Positions 28,092 through 38,227 of a DNA stretch of 64,000 nt are shown one piece after another (the stretch's first letter is position 1; each line of letters opens with the position of its first letter). The position numbers and the translations under genes were made by a program. The notes beneath the pieces were generated by a model that did no database searches, was not told the DNA's origin, and saw nothing but the letters and a program-made list of their open reading frames with translations. The stretch lies in assembly GCA_031553555.1 (NCBI GenBank), contig JAVBLL010000002.1, positions 17,738-81,737 of the forward strand. Direction: 5' to 3'. The DNA comes from Bacilli bacterium. GTDB lineage: Bacteria; Bacillota_I; Bacilli_A; ML615J-28; CAG-698.

Positions 28092-29786
28092 ATGAAATTT
28101 AAAAATTATCCTTACCAAAGAATAAATATTAAAGAAACAATTGATGCAATCAATGATATGCAGAAACGTTTTGCTATTGCCTCGGATATAAAAGAACAAA
28201 TAGAATGTATAGAAGAATTTAATGCTCTTTGCCTACATGTATCAACAATGGAAAATCTTGTATATGTACGTCATACTATTGATACCAGAGATAAGTTTTA
28301 TGATGAAGAACAAAATTTTATTGATGAAAAAGGCCCTTCAATAAAAAGTGCCCAAACAGAGTTTATAAAAGTCTTACTGAAATCATCATTTAGAAAAGAA
28401 TTAGAAGAGACTTTTGGAGTACATTTATTTAATTTATTAGAGGCTCAATTAAAGTCATTTGACGAAAAAATCATGGAAGAGGTTATTGTTGAAAACAAAT
28501 TAATAACAAAATATAACAGATTGATTGCCAGCTGTGAAATTGAATTTGCCGGAAAAAAATATAATCTTTCACAGTTAAATGCTTTTTTTGAAAATGATAA
28601 TCGTGAAATCAGAAAAAATGCTCAAGAAACATATTGGAATTTTTTTATTGAACATGAAAAAGAGTTTGATGAAATATATGATGAATTGGTCAAGATTCGT
28701 GATAAAATGGCTAAGAAAATGGGTTATCAAAATTATGTTGAATTTGGATATTATCGTTTAGGTCGAACTGATTATAATAGTGAAATGGTTGCTAATTACC
28801 GCAAACAAATAGCAGAATATGTTGTGCCAATTAGCCAAGAACTTTATAAGCGCCAACAAAAACGTATGGACATAGATCAGTTATATTACTATGATCTTCC
28901 AGTAGAATTTAAATCAGGAAATCCCACTCCCAAAGGTACACCAGATAAATTAGTAAAGATGGCACAAGAAATGTATGCAGAGATGTCATTAGATACAAAA
29001 GAATTTTTTGATTTTATGATTGAGCATGAACTAATGGATTTGGTAGCAAAACCAGGAAAAGAAGGCGGAGGTTATTGTACTTATTTTTCTGATTTTCAGT
29101 CCCCATTCATTTTCTCGAATTTTAATGGAACAAAAGGTGATGTAGATGTTTTAACCCATGAAGCTGGTCATGCATTTCAAGTATATCAATCAAGAAATGT
29201 TAAAATTGCTGAATATATTTGGCCAACTTATGAGGCATGTGAGATTCATTCAATGAGTATGGAGTTCTTTGCTTGGCCTTGGATGGAAAAGTTTTTTGAA
29301 GAAGATACAGCAAAATATAGATTTTCTCATTTACAATCAGCTTTAAAATTTATCCCATATGGGGCAAGTATTGATGAGTTTCAACACTATGTTTATGAAA
29401 ATCCTGAAGCTACCCCACAAATGAGAAAAAGTAAATATCGTGAAATAGAGAAAAAATATGTTCCTCACAAAAATTATGAAAATAATGTTTTTCTTAATAA
29501 TGGTGGTCTATGGATGAGACAAAGTCATGTATTTGCCAGTCCATTCTATTATATTGATTATACTCTTGCCCAAGTATGTGCTCTGCAATATTTAATTAAG
29601 GATATGGAAAATCATCAAACTGCTTGGAATAATTATTTATCACTTTGTAAGCTTGGAGGTACAAAATCATTTTTGGATTTATTAAAAACTGTTAAGTTAG
29701 ATAATCCTTTTAATGATGGAACTATTAATAAGATTTGTTTGAAATGTAAAAATATATTAGATAATATGGATGACAGTAAATTTTAA
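28092..29786 (+). CDS. pepF: oligoendopeptidase F (M3B family)
   Basis: 564 aa with HEAGHAFQ (HExxH) and a downstream Glu. Confidence 0.8.
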   Translation: MKFKNYPYQRINIKETIDAINDMQKRFAIASDIKEQIECIEEFNALCLHVSTMENLVYVRHTIDTRDKFYDEEQNFIDEKGPSIKSAQTEFIKVLLKSSFRKELEETFGVHLFNLLEAQLKSFDEKIMEEVIVENKLITKYNRLIASCEIEFAGKKYNLSQLNAFFENDNREIRKNAQETYWNFFIEHEKEFDEIYDELVKIRDKMAKKMGYQNYVEFGYYRLGRTDYNSEMVANYRKQIAEYVVPISQELYKRQQKRMDIDQLYYYDLPVEFKSGNPTPKGTPDKLVKMAQEMYAEMSLDTKEFFDFMIEHELMDLVAKPGKEGGGYCTYFSDFQSPFIFSNFNGTKGDVDVLTHEAGHAFQVYQSRNVKIAEYIWPTYEACEIHSMSMEFFAWPWMEKFFEEDTAKYRFSHLQSALKFIPYGASIDEFQHYVYENPEATPQMRKSKYREIEKKYVPHKNYENNVFLNNGGLWMRQSHVFASPFYYIDYTLAQVCALQYLIKDMENHQTAWNNYLSLCKLGGTKSFLDLLKTVKLDNPFNDGTINKICLKCKNILDNMDDSKF

Positions 29787-29798
29787 TATTAAAAGTAT

Positions 29799-29834
29799 AA
29801 AACTGAACTAAAATTTAATTTAGTTCAGTTTTAT
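29799..29834. terminator. bidirectional intrinsic terminator
   Basis: 12-bp stem aaaactgaacta/tagttcagtttt with a 10-nt loop, A-run before it and T-run after it. Confidence 0.75.
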
Positions 29835-29851
29835 ATAACTATTTAATACTA

Positions 29852-31075
29852 TTATAATTTTGCTACTCTTTGAATAATCTTTATTAATATTTCAGTACAT
29901 TTATCCATTGCTTCAGTTGTAATACATTCATATCGCCCATGAAAATTATGTCCACCTGTTCCTAAGTTAGGGCAAAGAAGGCCCTTGTATGTTAAAGCGG
30001 CACCATCGGTTCCTCCACGTATTGGGGCAATTATAGGAGTTAGTCCAACTTCAGTGATAGCTTCTTTTGCGATTTCAATAATTTCCAAATGATCTTTTAA
30101 GTAATCAAACATATTATAATAACTATCTTTAATATTGGTTGAACAAATATTTTTTTCATATTTTTGATTTATGAAATTAGCAATATTTTTAAAATATTCT
30201 TTTTGTTTGTTGAATAAATCTTTATTATGATTTCTTATTATATAATTCATTTTAGTTTTTTCGACTGTACCTTCAATATTATTCAAATGATTAAAACCTT
30301 CATATCCATATGTATTAGCAGGAATATTAAAGGATGGAAGAAGCGAATTAAATTCTTGAGCAATAAGTATGCTATTCAACATATGCCCTTTAGCATCTCC
30401 TGGATGAATGTTTATACCGTTAATTTCTACTACAGCACTAGCGGCATTAAAGTTTTCATATTCAATTGACCCTTCCGTTCCACCATCTACAGTATAAGCA
30501 AAATCACACTTAAAATGTTCTAAATCAAAATGATCTGTACCTCTACCAATTTCCTCATCCGGTGTGAAGGCTATTCTAATAGTCCCATGTTCAACTTCTG
30601 GGTTGGTTAATATGTATTCAGCCATTGTTAATATTTCAGCAATTCCGGCTTTATCATCAGCTCCAAGCAAAGTCATGCCATCAGTAATAATTAATGTCTG
30701 ATCTTTTAAGCTAGATAAAAACGGAAATTCCTTGACTGACATGACAATATTTTGGTCTTTATTTAAGACGACATCTGTCCCATCATAATCAAAAATCATT
30801 TTGGGAATGACATTTTCCCCACTAAAATCAGGAGAAGTATCCATATGGGCAATGAAACCAATGGTTGGAATTTTTCTTTTTGAATTACTTGGAATTTCTC
30901 CATATACATAGCCATACTTATCCATCTGAACATTAGTGACGCCAAGTTCTAGCATTTCATCAACTAAAATCTCACCTAAGTTTTTTTGTATAGCAGTAGA
31001 TGGTGACTCATTGCTATTAGGATCAGACTGCGTATTTATTTTTACATAATTTAAAAAGCGTGCATAACTTTTCAT
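29852..31075 (-). CDS. pepT: peptidase T (tripeptide aminopeptidase, M20B)
   Basis: MKSYARFLNYVKINTQSDP...IAHMDT..., an M20 metal ligand pattern, and a GGAGG RBS 5 nt before the second ATG. Confidence 0.85.
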   Translation of the reverse strand: MKSYARFLNYVKINTQSDPNSNESPSTAIQKNLGEILVDEMLELGVTNVQMDKYGYVYGEIPSNSKRKIPTIGFIAHMDTSPDFSGENVIPKMIFDYDGTDVVLNKDQNIVMSVKEFPFLSSLKDQTLIITDGMTLLGADDKAGIAEILTMAEYILTNPEVEHGTIRIAFTPDEEIGRGTDHFDLEHFKCDFAYTVDGGTEGSIEYENFNAASAVVEINGINIHPGDAKGHMLNSILIAQEFNSLLPSFNIPANTYGYEGFNHLNNIEGTVEKTKMNYIIRNHNKDLFNKQKEYFKNIANFINQKYEKNICSTNIKDSYYNMFDYLKDHLEIIEIAKEAITEVGLTPIIAPIRGGTDGAALTYKGLLCPNLGTGGHNFHGRYECITTEAMDKCTEILIKIIQRVAKL

Positions 31076-31261
31076 TTTGACCTCCAATTAATAATCATAT
31101 TCTAACATTATTATTAGCTATTGTCAATTAAACAATACTAAATATTTTATTGAAATTTTATTTTTATATAGGAAAAATTCACTTGTTAAAAAAGAGAATT
31201 GGGCAAACGTCTATACAATAAAATAATTAGTGCATATTCTAAACTGATGGGAGAGTGTGCA

Positions 31262-32335
31262 ATGATTGATTTGAATATTTTAAGTGCCTTTAATATTTGT
31301 GGGGAGATAGTCAATATAATACCATATGGCAATGGGCATATTAACGATACGTACTTAGTAACTACGACATGCTATAAAAAATATATTTTTCAATCTATAA
31401 ATCATAATGTTTTTAAAAAACCTAAAAAATTAATGAAAAATATAGCCCTTGTAACTAGCTTTATGGCAATCCATGAACCTTGTTATCGTGGCATATCCAT
31501 CGTTGAAACTAAAAGGAAAAAATATTGTTATCACTATAAAAAAACTTTTTGGCGTTGTTACCATTTTATTGAAGAAGCTAGCACTTTTGAATACATTGAA
31601 GATTTGGAAATTGTGTATGAAACTGGCAAAGCATTAGGTTCATTTGAAAAAAGTTTGAATGGATTTCCAATGAAACAATTATATGTTAGCATTCCTCATT
31701 TTCATGATTCTATATGGAGATATAATTATTTTAAAAAAGTTATTAATAAAGATAAAAATAATTTAGTCACAAAAGTTCGTAAAGAAATTCATTTCATAAA
31801 GAGACGTCACCATTATTTTGAACTTATTGAAAATGGTATAAAGGAAGGAACCATCAGAGTTGTTCCTACGCATAATGATCCAAAGACAAACAATATTATG
31901 ATTAGCAAATTGACAAATAAATCAGTATGTTTAATTGATTTGGATACAGTGATGCCAGGTAGTATTTTATATGATTTTGGCGATGCTATCAGAAGTATTG
32001 CTTCCGTTGGAGCAGAGGATGAAGTGGATCTACGAAAAATCTCAATTGATATAGACCGATATGAAGCGTTCACATCAGGTTACTTAGATATTATGAGTGA
32101 TACTTTAACGGAAAAAGAAAAGGAACTATTAGTTGACTCAGCAATAATTATTACTTTAGAGTGTGCAATGCGCTTTTTAACTGATTATCTTCAAGGAAAT
32201 ATTTATTTCAAAGTCGATGATGAAGAACATAATTTGCGCCGCACAAGAGCATCACTGAAATTAGTTCAGTCATTAGAATTGAATCGCCAATCACTAAAAG
32301 AAATAGTAAATAAATGTTTAAATAAAAAAGAGTAA
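31262..32335 (+). CDS. phosphotransferase (APH/choline-kinase/CotS-like kinase fold) family protein
   Basis: Gly-rich loop YGNGHINDTYLV, catalytic HNDPKTNNIM (HxDxxxxN), and a D-x-D motif IDLDTV...YDFGD. Start at the internal ATG with a GGGAGAG RBS. Confidence 0.6.
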   Translation: MIDLNILSAFNICGEIVNIIPYGNGHINDTYLVTTTCYKKYIFQSINHNVFKKPKKLMKNIALVTSFMAIHEPCYRGISIVETKRKKYCYHYKKTFWRCYHFIEEASTFEYIEDLEIVYETGKALGSFEKSLNGFPMKQLYVSIPHFHDSIWRYNYFKKVINKDKNNLVTKVRKEIHFIKRRHHYFELIENGIKEGTIRVVPTHNDPKTNNIMISKLTNKSVCLIDLDTVMPGSILYDFGDAIRSIASVGAEDEVDLRKISIDIDRYEAFTSGYLDIMSDTLTEKEKELLVDSAIIITLECAMRFLTDYLQGNIYFKVDDEEHNLRRTRASLKLVQSLELNRQSLKEIVNKCLNKKE

Positions 32336-32407
32336 TTTTCATAATTATTTTAAAATATATAATCAGGATATCATGAACGATATTCAGTTTATATAAAGGA
32401 GAAGAAT

Positions 32408-33670
32408 ATGAAAATTTTAAAATCATTTACCTTAATTATTTGTTTGTACATGATTAGTATTTTTACTAATCATGTTTTTGGTATTGAAGAAACGGACTGG
32501 ACTATTATTGATCAACCTTATTATTATATTATTAATGTTAACGATAAAGTGCGAATAGAAAGTGTTATGGAAGATATTGCTTTAATTGCCTATGATGATT
32601 ATGATGGATTAATAACGGACAAAATTAAAATTAGTAATCCAAATAATCAATATGTAATAAAAGTTTATGATTTAAAAATAGAAGATAGACAGCTGGGGAC
32701 TTATGAAGTGATTTTTAATGTTATCGATAATTCGGGAAATACTGCAAGTGTAGCGGTTTATTTTGTCGTTATTGATAATACGGCACCCTTATTTTTAGAT
32801 ACTTCCATTATTAGTTATAATATAAACGTTGATGATATTAACATAACTGAACAAGAAATAATAAGTAAACTAAAGATCAAAGATAATCATGATGCATATA
32901 AAGATTTAATAATAGAAACGATTAGTGGTTCAATTAATGAAATGACTGTAGATATAGATAATCCCTATTATTTTACTGTTAGAGCAACTGATTTGAGTGG
33001 CAATAAAAATGAGCAAATAATTACAATGAATTTTTATGATGATACTTCGCCGATAATTGAAATGGATAAAAATAAGATAATTAAGTCATATAAAGATAAT
33101 AGTACAACTGAAAGTATTTTGGAAAGTTTGAATATTGTTGTTACGGATAATTATGATGATAATTTAAGTTATTATGTTGTTAGTAATGATTATGAAAATA
33201 ATAAAAATGTTATTGATACCTATCGTATAGTAATAGGTGCCAAAGATACAAGCGGAAACGAAGTTTTAGAAACAATTGAAGTTGTTGTTGAAGATAAAAT
33301 TCCACCAGTGTTTTATTTAGACATCAGCAAAGTGTATGTGGCAAACGATATTCAATTAAAAATTAATGATTTTGTTCAATTATTAAAAGCCAGTGGACAA
33401 ATCAAAAATCAATCATACCAAGAATACATCATTGATGAAAACTATTCAAAAAACTATAATATTGCTGGAGAATATAATTATGAACTAAGACTAGTCTACA
33501 ATGATGGTGATTATCAAGATTTTTCATTTAAAGTCAATGTAATAGGTAAAAATGAGTCTATTGTTAAGGAACCCTTTTTTGCAAAGATTTGGAATTTCAT
33601 AAAAAAAATAGCCCATATAATTGGAGATATTTTCAAGTGGCTAGTGGATAAAATTCGTCAATTGTTTTAA
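32408..33670 (+). CDS. secreted protein with repeated Ig-like (DUF5011-type) domains
   Basis: Signal peptide, then at least three repeats of the pattern G.Y.v...a.D.SGN......V.V.D...P (e.g. GTYEVIFNVIDNSGNTASVAVYFVVIDNTAP). C-terminal amphipathic helix. Confidence 0.6.
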   Translation: MKILKSFTLIICLYMISIFTNHVFGIEETDWTIIDQPYYYIINVNDKVRIESVMEDIALIAYDDYDGLITDKIKISNPNNQYVIKVYDLKIEDRQLGTYEVIFNVIDNSGNTASVAVYFVVIDNTAPLFLDTSIISYNINVDDINITEQEIISKLKIKDNHDAYKDLIIETISGSINEMTVDIDNPYYFTVRATDLSGNKNEQIITMNFYDDTSPIIEMDKNKIIKSYKDNSTTESILESLNIVVTDNYDDNLSYYVVSNDYENNKNVIDTYRIVIGAKDTSGNEVLETIEVVVEDKIPPVFYLDISKVYVANDIQLKINDFVQLLKASGQIKNQSYQEYIIDENYSKNYNIAGEYNYELRLVYNDGDYQDFSFKVNVIGKNESIVKEPFFAKIWNFIKKIAHIIGDIFKWLVDKIRQLF

Positions 33671-33907
33671 AGTTTTTTCAATATGATTTAAAGGGACAGG
33701 ATCATATCCACCATGACTAAAGGGGTTACATCTAATTATGCGCCAAATTGTGAGAAAAAATGCTTTTGAAAAATTAAACTTTTGAAAGCATTCCAAACCA
33801 TAATGCGAACATGAAGGCATATATTTACATTTAGGAGATGTATTTTTACTAATATGTGTTTGATATTTGCGAATTAGCATAATTATAAAGTTATTCATAT
33901 TAATCAC
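33641..33907 (-). CDS. yidD: membrane protein insertion efficiency factor YidD
   Basis: ...LIRKYQTHISKNTSPKCKYMPSCSHYGLECF...IIRCNPFSHGGYDPVP is the canonical YidD pattern. The 3' end overlaps the convergent upstream gene by 30 nt. Confidence 0.75.
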   Translation of the reverse strand: MINMNNFIIMLIRKYQTHISKNTSPKCKYMPSCSHYGLECFQKFNFSKAFFLTIWRIIRCNPFSHGGYDPVPLNHIEKTLKQLTNFIH

Positions 33908-33971
33908 ATCCTTATTAATAATTATACAATATTTTTTGTATTAAATCAAATTCTTTGCTTATAATAAAAGT

Positions 33972-34508
33972 ATGATAATCATTATTATTTTTGTTTTCAT
34001 TATTTTCATTTTACTAATAATGCCCGTGGGGATTAGATTTATATATAATGATCAGAAAAGTGATGTAGATATATATTTTTATAAATTATTTAATACCCGC
34101 TTTGATTTAGACGAATTCATACGTTTATTTGTAACTGATAAAGATGACCGTGAAAAAATTAGTTTTGCAGTAATACGATACAATGTTATATTAGCATTTC
34201 AAAGCCGAAAGGTTTTTCGAGATATATGCAAATATTCTAAAGTTAGAAAAATAACGGTTCTTTTGAAAGAAGATTATGAAAAGATTTATACTTTTTTTGC
34301 TTACTGGATGGCAGTAAGCGAACTTAGTCAATTTCTTCATAGCAATTTCAAAGCAGTAGAAAATGAATATTATATGACCTCTAACTTACAATCGGAAATA
34401 AACTTTGAATTTATTTTAGAAGTAAGAGGGATAATATTTCTATTTATTTTATTTAAAAATATAAAAGAAATATTTAGAATAAAAAAATATATGAAAAAAA
34501 AGAGGTAA
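33972..34508 (+). CDS. YtfI-like (DUF2953) sporulation-associated protein
   Basis: N-terminal TM helix and a basic C-terminus. It sits immediately upstream of ytfJ, as in Bacillus. Confidence 0.5.
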   Translation: MIIIIIFVFIIFILLIMPVGIRFIYNDQKSDVDIYFYKLFNTRFDLDEFIRLFVTDKDDREKISFAVIRYNVILAFQSRKVFRDICKYSKVRKITVLLKEDYEKIYTFFAYWMAVSELSQFLHSNFKAVENEYYMTSNLQSEINFEFILEVRGIIFLFILFKNIKEIFRIKKYMKKKR

Positions 34509-34513
34509 ATACT

Positions 34514-34927
34514 ATGGAACATCCTATTTCGGATTTATTTAAACTATCTAGTGCATCTTTAAAGGAACTCACAAGTGTTGATACGATTATTGGAAAAACC
34601 GTTATTATGGAAAATGGCATTTTTATTGTCCCGATTTCCAAAATAAAATGTTCATTTGCAACCGGCGGAGTAGAAACGATGAGCGCTAAAGCAGATGGCA
34701 AAATGCCATTTGGTGGGGCAACAGGAGGAAATGTTACAATTACTCCGATTGCTTTTTTAGTAGTCAACAATGAAGAAGTCAAATTGCTACATTTAGAAGA
34801 TCAAACGCATTTACTAGAAAAGATTATCGATGATATTCCAGAATTAGTTGGCTCAATGAAAAATCTTTTTAGTAAGAAACCAAAAACAGAAACTATGGAA
34901 GTCGTTGATAAAAAAATTAAATTGTGA
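34514..34927 (+). CDS. ytfJ: GerW/YtfJ-family sporulation protein
   Basis: ...PISKIKCSFATGGVETMSAKADGKMPFGGATGGNVTITPIAFLVV... is the GerW pattern. Confidence 0.7.
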   Translation: MEHPISDLFKLSSASLKELTSVDTIIGKTVIMENGIFIVPISKIKCSFATGGVETMSAKADGKMPFGGATGGNVTITPIAFLVVNNEEVKLLHLEDQTHLLEKIIDDIPELVGSMKNLFSKKPKTETMEVVDKKIKL

Positions 34928-34932
34928 GTTAA

Positions 34933-34966
34933 AAAACATTCTACTTTATTGTTAGAATGTTTTTTA
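34933..34966 (+). terminator. intrinsic terminator
   Basis: Stem aaaacattcta/tagaatgtttt followed by a T-run. Confidence 0.7.
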
Positions 34967-35004
34967 GTTGTAGGAATGATAAAAAATAATATTCGACTTT
35001 TCAT

Positions 35005-35033
35005 TTGACTACTATTAAAAATTGTAGTATAAT
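35005..35033 (+). promoter_or_regulatory. sigma-A promoter
   Basis: TTGACT - 17 nt - TATAAT, about 30 nt before the ATG at 35064. Confidence 0.6.
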
Positions 35034-35063
35034 AGTAAAAGAAATGTTTGGAAAAGGTCTAAT

Positions 35064-35504
35064 ATGAAAGTAGTGTTAGTTAGTGACAGCCACGGTCGAA
35101 ATGATTTTTTAGAGATGATTAAATTGACAGAACCAGCGAATTATTATTTACATGCTGGTGATAGTGAAATGCCAAAAGGATCAATTTTACCATTTATAAC
35201 GGTTCGTGGAAATCGTGATACTAAAGAATTGCCACTTGATAAAGTGCTAAGCATAGGAAATGTGAAAATATTTCTTACGCATAGTCATATGTATAATTTT
35301 CAAGAATTACAGGATATTGCTAAAGATAAAAAAATAGATGTTGTGGTATATGGACATACACACATTTATAAGGCTGAACTACTTGATGGGATATGGTTTG
35401 TCAATCCAGGGAGTCTTGCACGTCCTAGAGGTGGTAATCCTAGGACATATGCAATTATGAAGATTGATAAAAAGGATATTAGTTTTGAATTTGTAAAAGT
35501 TTAG
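35064..35504 (+). CDS. YfcE-type metallophosphoesterase
   Basis: MKVVLVSDSHG...GD...GNRD...GHTH metallophosphatase motifs. Confidence 0.8.
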   Translation: MKVVLVSDSHGRNDFLEMIKLTEPANYYLHAGDSEMPKGSILPFITVRGNRDTKELPLDKVLSIGNVKIFLTHSHMYNFQELQDIAKDKKIDVVVYGHTHIYKAELLDGIWFVNPGSLARPRGGNPRTYAIMKIDKKDISFEFVKV

Positions 35505-35555
35505 TCTTTTTTAAAAAAATAATGATATAATTATGATGTTTAGTTAGAGGTAAAA

Positions 35556-36476
35556 ATGGGACCAATAAATCAATTTTATGAATTGCTTGATAATGCATGT
35601 TTAATACTAAATGAAAAATTGAATATTAATTATTTGGATTGCTTAATTAGAGTTGGTAAAGATATTACTTATGAGCTGAATGATAGCAAATTAGATGAGG
35701 AAGAAGTTCTAAAACTAGAAAAAATATATGCTAAAGTCAATAATTTGATAATTACTAATGAAGAAATACGCCAAGCATTAGAATTGTTAATTGTTAAGGC
35801 ATTTAAGCATATAAATTATTCTATGGATTTAATGACTCCTGATTATATTTGTTATTTATTTAGTTTTTTTATTTGCAAATTAATGGAGAGTAATGATTAT
35901 CTAACAATATTAGATGTTTGTTTGGGAACTAGTAATTTATTGAATTCAATTAGTAATAACTATCCTGGGCAAGCAAACTTGCTTGGTATTGAAAATAATA
36001 ATCAACTGGTAGAACTTAGCCGTGTGGTATCGGATTTGCAGAATAATGAAGTGAAAATATATCATCAAGATTGTATGCAAGAGATTCCTGAAAAATGTCA
36101 AATTATCGTTGGTGATTTGCCAAGTGAGATAATTGATAATAAATATTTACCATATGAAATAATTAGTAAGTATGTTTTCCAATTAGATGAAGAGGGCTTT
36201 TTTATTTATTTAATTCAAAATGATTTTTTTATGAAAGAACAACTAAATGATTTTCGTCAAAAATTCAGAGGAACTTTGCTTGGCTTAATAGTTTTACCAG
36301 AAGAATTATTTCAAGATAATCATATTGGTAAAAGTATTATTATAGGAACATCAAAATTAATTGATGATATTGATATGATGGTTATTCAAATGCCATCATT
36401 AAAAAATCAAGATATATTTCAAAATAAATTACTAAAAATAGAAGAATGGATAAAAGGATTGGTGAATAATATATGA
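35556..36476 (+). CDS. YtxK-like class I SAM-dependent (adenine-N6-type) methyltransferase
   Basis: Motif I ILDVCLGTSN and a DLP-type motif IVGDLPSEI. Its position directly upstream of ackA matches Bacillus ytxK. Confidence 0.6.
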   Translation: MGPINQFYELLDNACLILNEKLNINYLDCLIRVGKDITYELNDSKLDEEEVLKLEKIYAKVNNLIITNEEIRQALELLIVKAFKHINYSMDLMTPDYICYLFSFFICKLMESNDYLTILDVCLGTSNLLNSISNNYPGQANLLGIENNNQLVELSRVVSDLQNNEVKIYHQDCMQEIPEKCQIIVGDLPSEIIDNKYLPYEIISKYVFQLDEEGFFIYLIQNDFFMKEQLNDFRQKFRGTLLGLIVLPEELFQDNHIGKSIIIGTSKLIDDIDMMVIQMPSLKNQDIFQNKLLKIEEWIKGLVNNI

Positions 36477-37672
36477 AAATAATGTCTGTAAATGCTGGAA
36501 GCTCATCGCTTAAGTTTCAGTTACTAGAAATGCCTGAGGAAAATGTAATAACTGAAGGTGTAGTAGAATCAATTGGTAGTAAAGAAGTTGGCTCTTATGC
36601 AATTGTTGTTGATAATCAAAAAATCAAAAAAGAATTAGTTATTGCAAATCATGCAGAAGCAGTATCAATGATGCTTGCTGATTTAGTTGAGCGAAAAATA
36701 ATTAATAATTTGAGTGAAATAGACGGTGTTGGTCATAGAATAGTTCATGGTGGTACAAAATTAACAAAAAGTATGGTTATTACCGAAGAAGTGACAAATG
36801 AAATTGAAAAAGTTATTCCGCTTGCGCCACTTCATAATCCGGCTCATTTAATTGGTATAAGAGCTTTTCAAAAAGCTTTACCAAAGGTTTTTCAAGTAGT
36901 TGTCTTTGATACAGCTTTTCATCAAACAATGGCACCAGATGCTTATATGTATGCTGTACCATATGAATGGTATGAAGAAGATAAAGTACGGAAATATGGT
37001 TTTCATGGAACGAGCCATCAATTTGTGGCTGAGAGATGTAGTCAATTGATGAATAAGTCAATTGAGAATTTGAAAATTGTCACTTTGCATATTGGTAATG
37101 GAGCTTCCATTGCTGCAGTTAAGGGCGGAAAATGTGTAGATACATCGATGGGATTAGGACCTTTAGCGGGAATTCCTATGGGAACAAGGTGTGGAACTGT
37201 TGATCCAACTATTGTTGAATTCATTCATAAAACTAAAGGACTTTCAGTCGAAGAAATATTAAGTGTTTTTAATAAAAAATCAGGATATTTAGGTATTAGT
37301 GGTTTATCGCATGATTCTAGAGTTTTAAATGATGCAGCACTTAATGGTCATGTTCGTGCAAAACTAGCCCTAGATATGCAAGCAAAAAGCATAGCAGACT
37401 ACATTGGTAGTTATTATGTATATATGGAGGGAATTGATGCTATAGTCTTCACCGCTGGAATTGGTGAAAATAGTCATGATTTCCGTCGTAGAGTTTTAGA
37501 TCGCATAAAAGTATTAGGAGCAAAATATGATGAAAAGTTAATTATGCTTGGTAAACAAGAAGCATTAATTTCAACTCCAGATTCTAAAATTAAAATATAT
37601 ATTATTCCAACTAATGAAGAGTTGGCAATTGCTAGAGATGTAGTCAAATTAAAAGAAGAATATAATAGATAG
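36473..37672 (+). CDS. ackA: acetate kinase
   Basis: MKIMSVNAGSSSLKFQL...GHRIVHGG...; 399 aa. Confidence 0.9.
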   Translation: MKIMSVNAGSSSLKFQLLEMPEENVITEGVVESIGSKEVGSYAIVVDNQKIKKELVIANHAEAVSMMLADLVERKIINNLSEIDGVGHRIVHGGTKLTKSMVITEEVTNEIEKVIPLAPLHNPAHLIGIRAFQKALPKVFQVVVFDTAFHQTMAPDAYMYAVPYEWYEEDKVRKYGFHGTSHQFVAERCSQLMNKSIENLKIVTLHIGNGASIAAVKGGKCVDTSMGLGPLAGIPMGTRCGTVDPTIVEFIHKTKGLSVEEILSVFNKKSGYLGISGLSHDSRVLNDAALNGHVRAKLALDMQAKSIADYIGSYYVYMEGIDAIVFTAGIGENSHDFRRRVLDRIKVLGAKYDEKLIMLGKQEALISTPDSKIKIYIIPTNEELAIARDVVKLKEEYNR

Positions 37673-37686
37673 GAAGTAATGATTAA

Positions 37687-38136
37687 ATGAAAATTGCAAA
37701 AATAGTTATTGAAAAAAGTTTTGGTTTGAAAGAAACAATAAGCTTAGAATTATTTGAAAAGGAGGCACCTGGTACAGTTGCCAATTTTGAAAAACTTGCT
37801 AACAGTGGTTTTTATAATGGATTGCTGTTTCATCGTGTTATTCCAGGTTTTGTTGCTCAAGGGGGATGCCCTCAGGGAACAGGAACTGGAGGGCCGGGGT
37901 ATACAATAAAATGTGAAACATTTAATAATCCCCATAAACATATTCAAGGAGCCTTATCGATGGCTCATGCTGGTAAGGATACAGGAGGTAGTCAATTTTT
38001 CATATGCTTTGACAGCTTTCCTCATTTAGATGGTGTTCATACTGTTTTTGGACAGGTTATTGAAAATATTGATGCGGCAATGAATATAAAACAAAAAGAT
38101 AAAATGCTTGAAGTAAAAGTTTATAGTAAAGGGTAG
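37687..38136 (+). CDS. ppiB: peptidyl-prolyl cis-trans isomerase, cyclophilin type
   Basis: [15 protein letters not shown]...GGSQFFIC cyclophilin signature. Confidence 0.85.
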   Translation: MKIAKIVIEKSFGLKETISLELFEKEAPGTVANFEKLANSGFYNGLLFHRVIPGFVAQGGCPQGTGTGGPGYTIKCETFNNPHKHIQGALSMAHAGKDTGGSQFFICFDSFPHLDGVHTVFGQVIENIDAAMNIKQKDKMLEVKVYSKG

Positions 38137-38227
38137 TCATAGCTGACTGCCCTTTTATTTTTATATAAAAATAAAAGAGTAATTTCTTCACTTTTTTTAA
38201 AATATATAGTTGAAAAAAGGGGGATAT

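Noticed and set aside
28579-28761. 60 aa +strand ORF in an alternative frame inside pepF
   Set aside because: Embedded in a conserved M3 peptidase gene, with no RBS.
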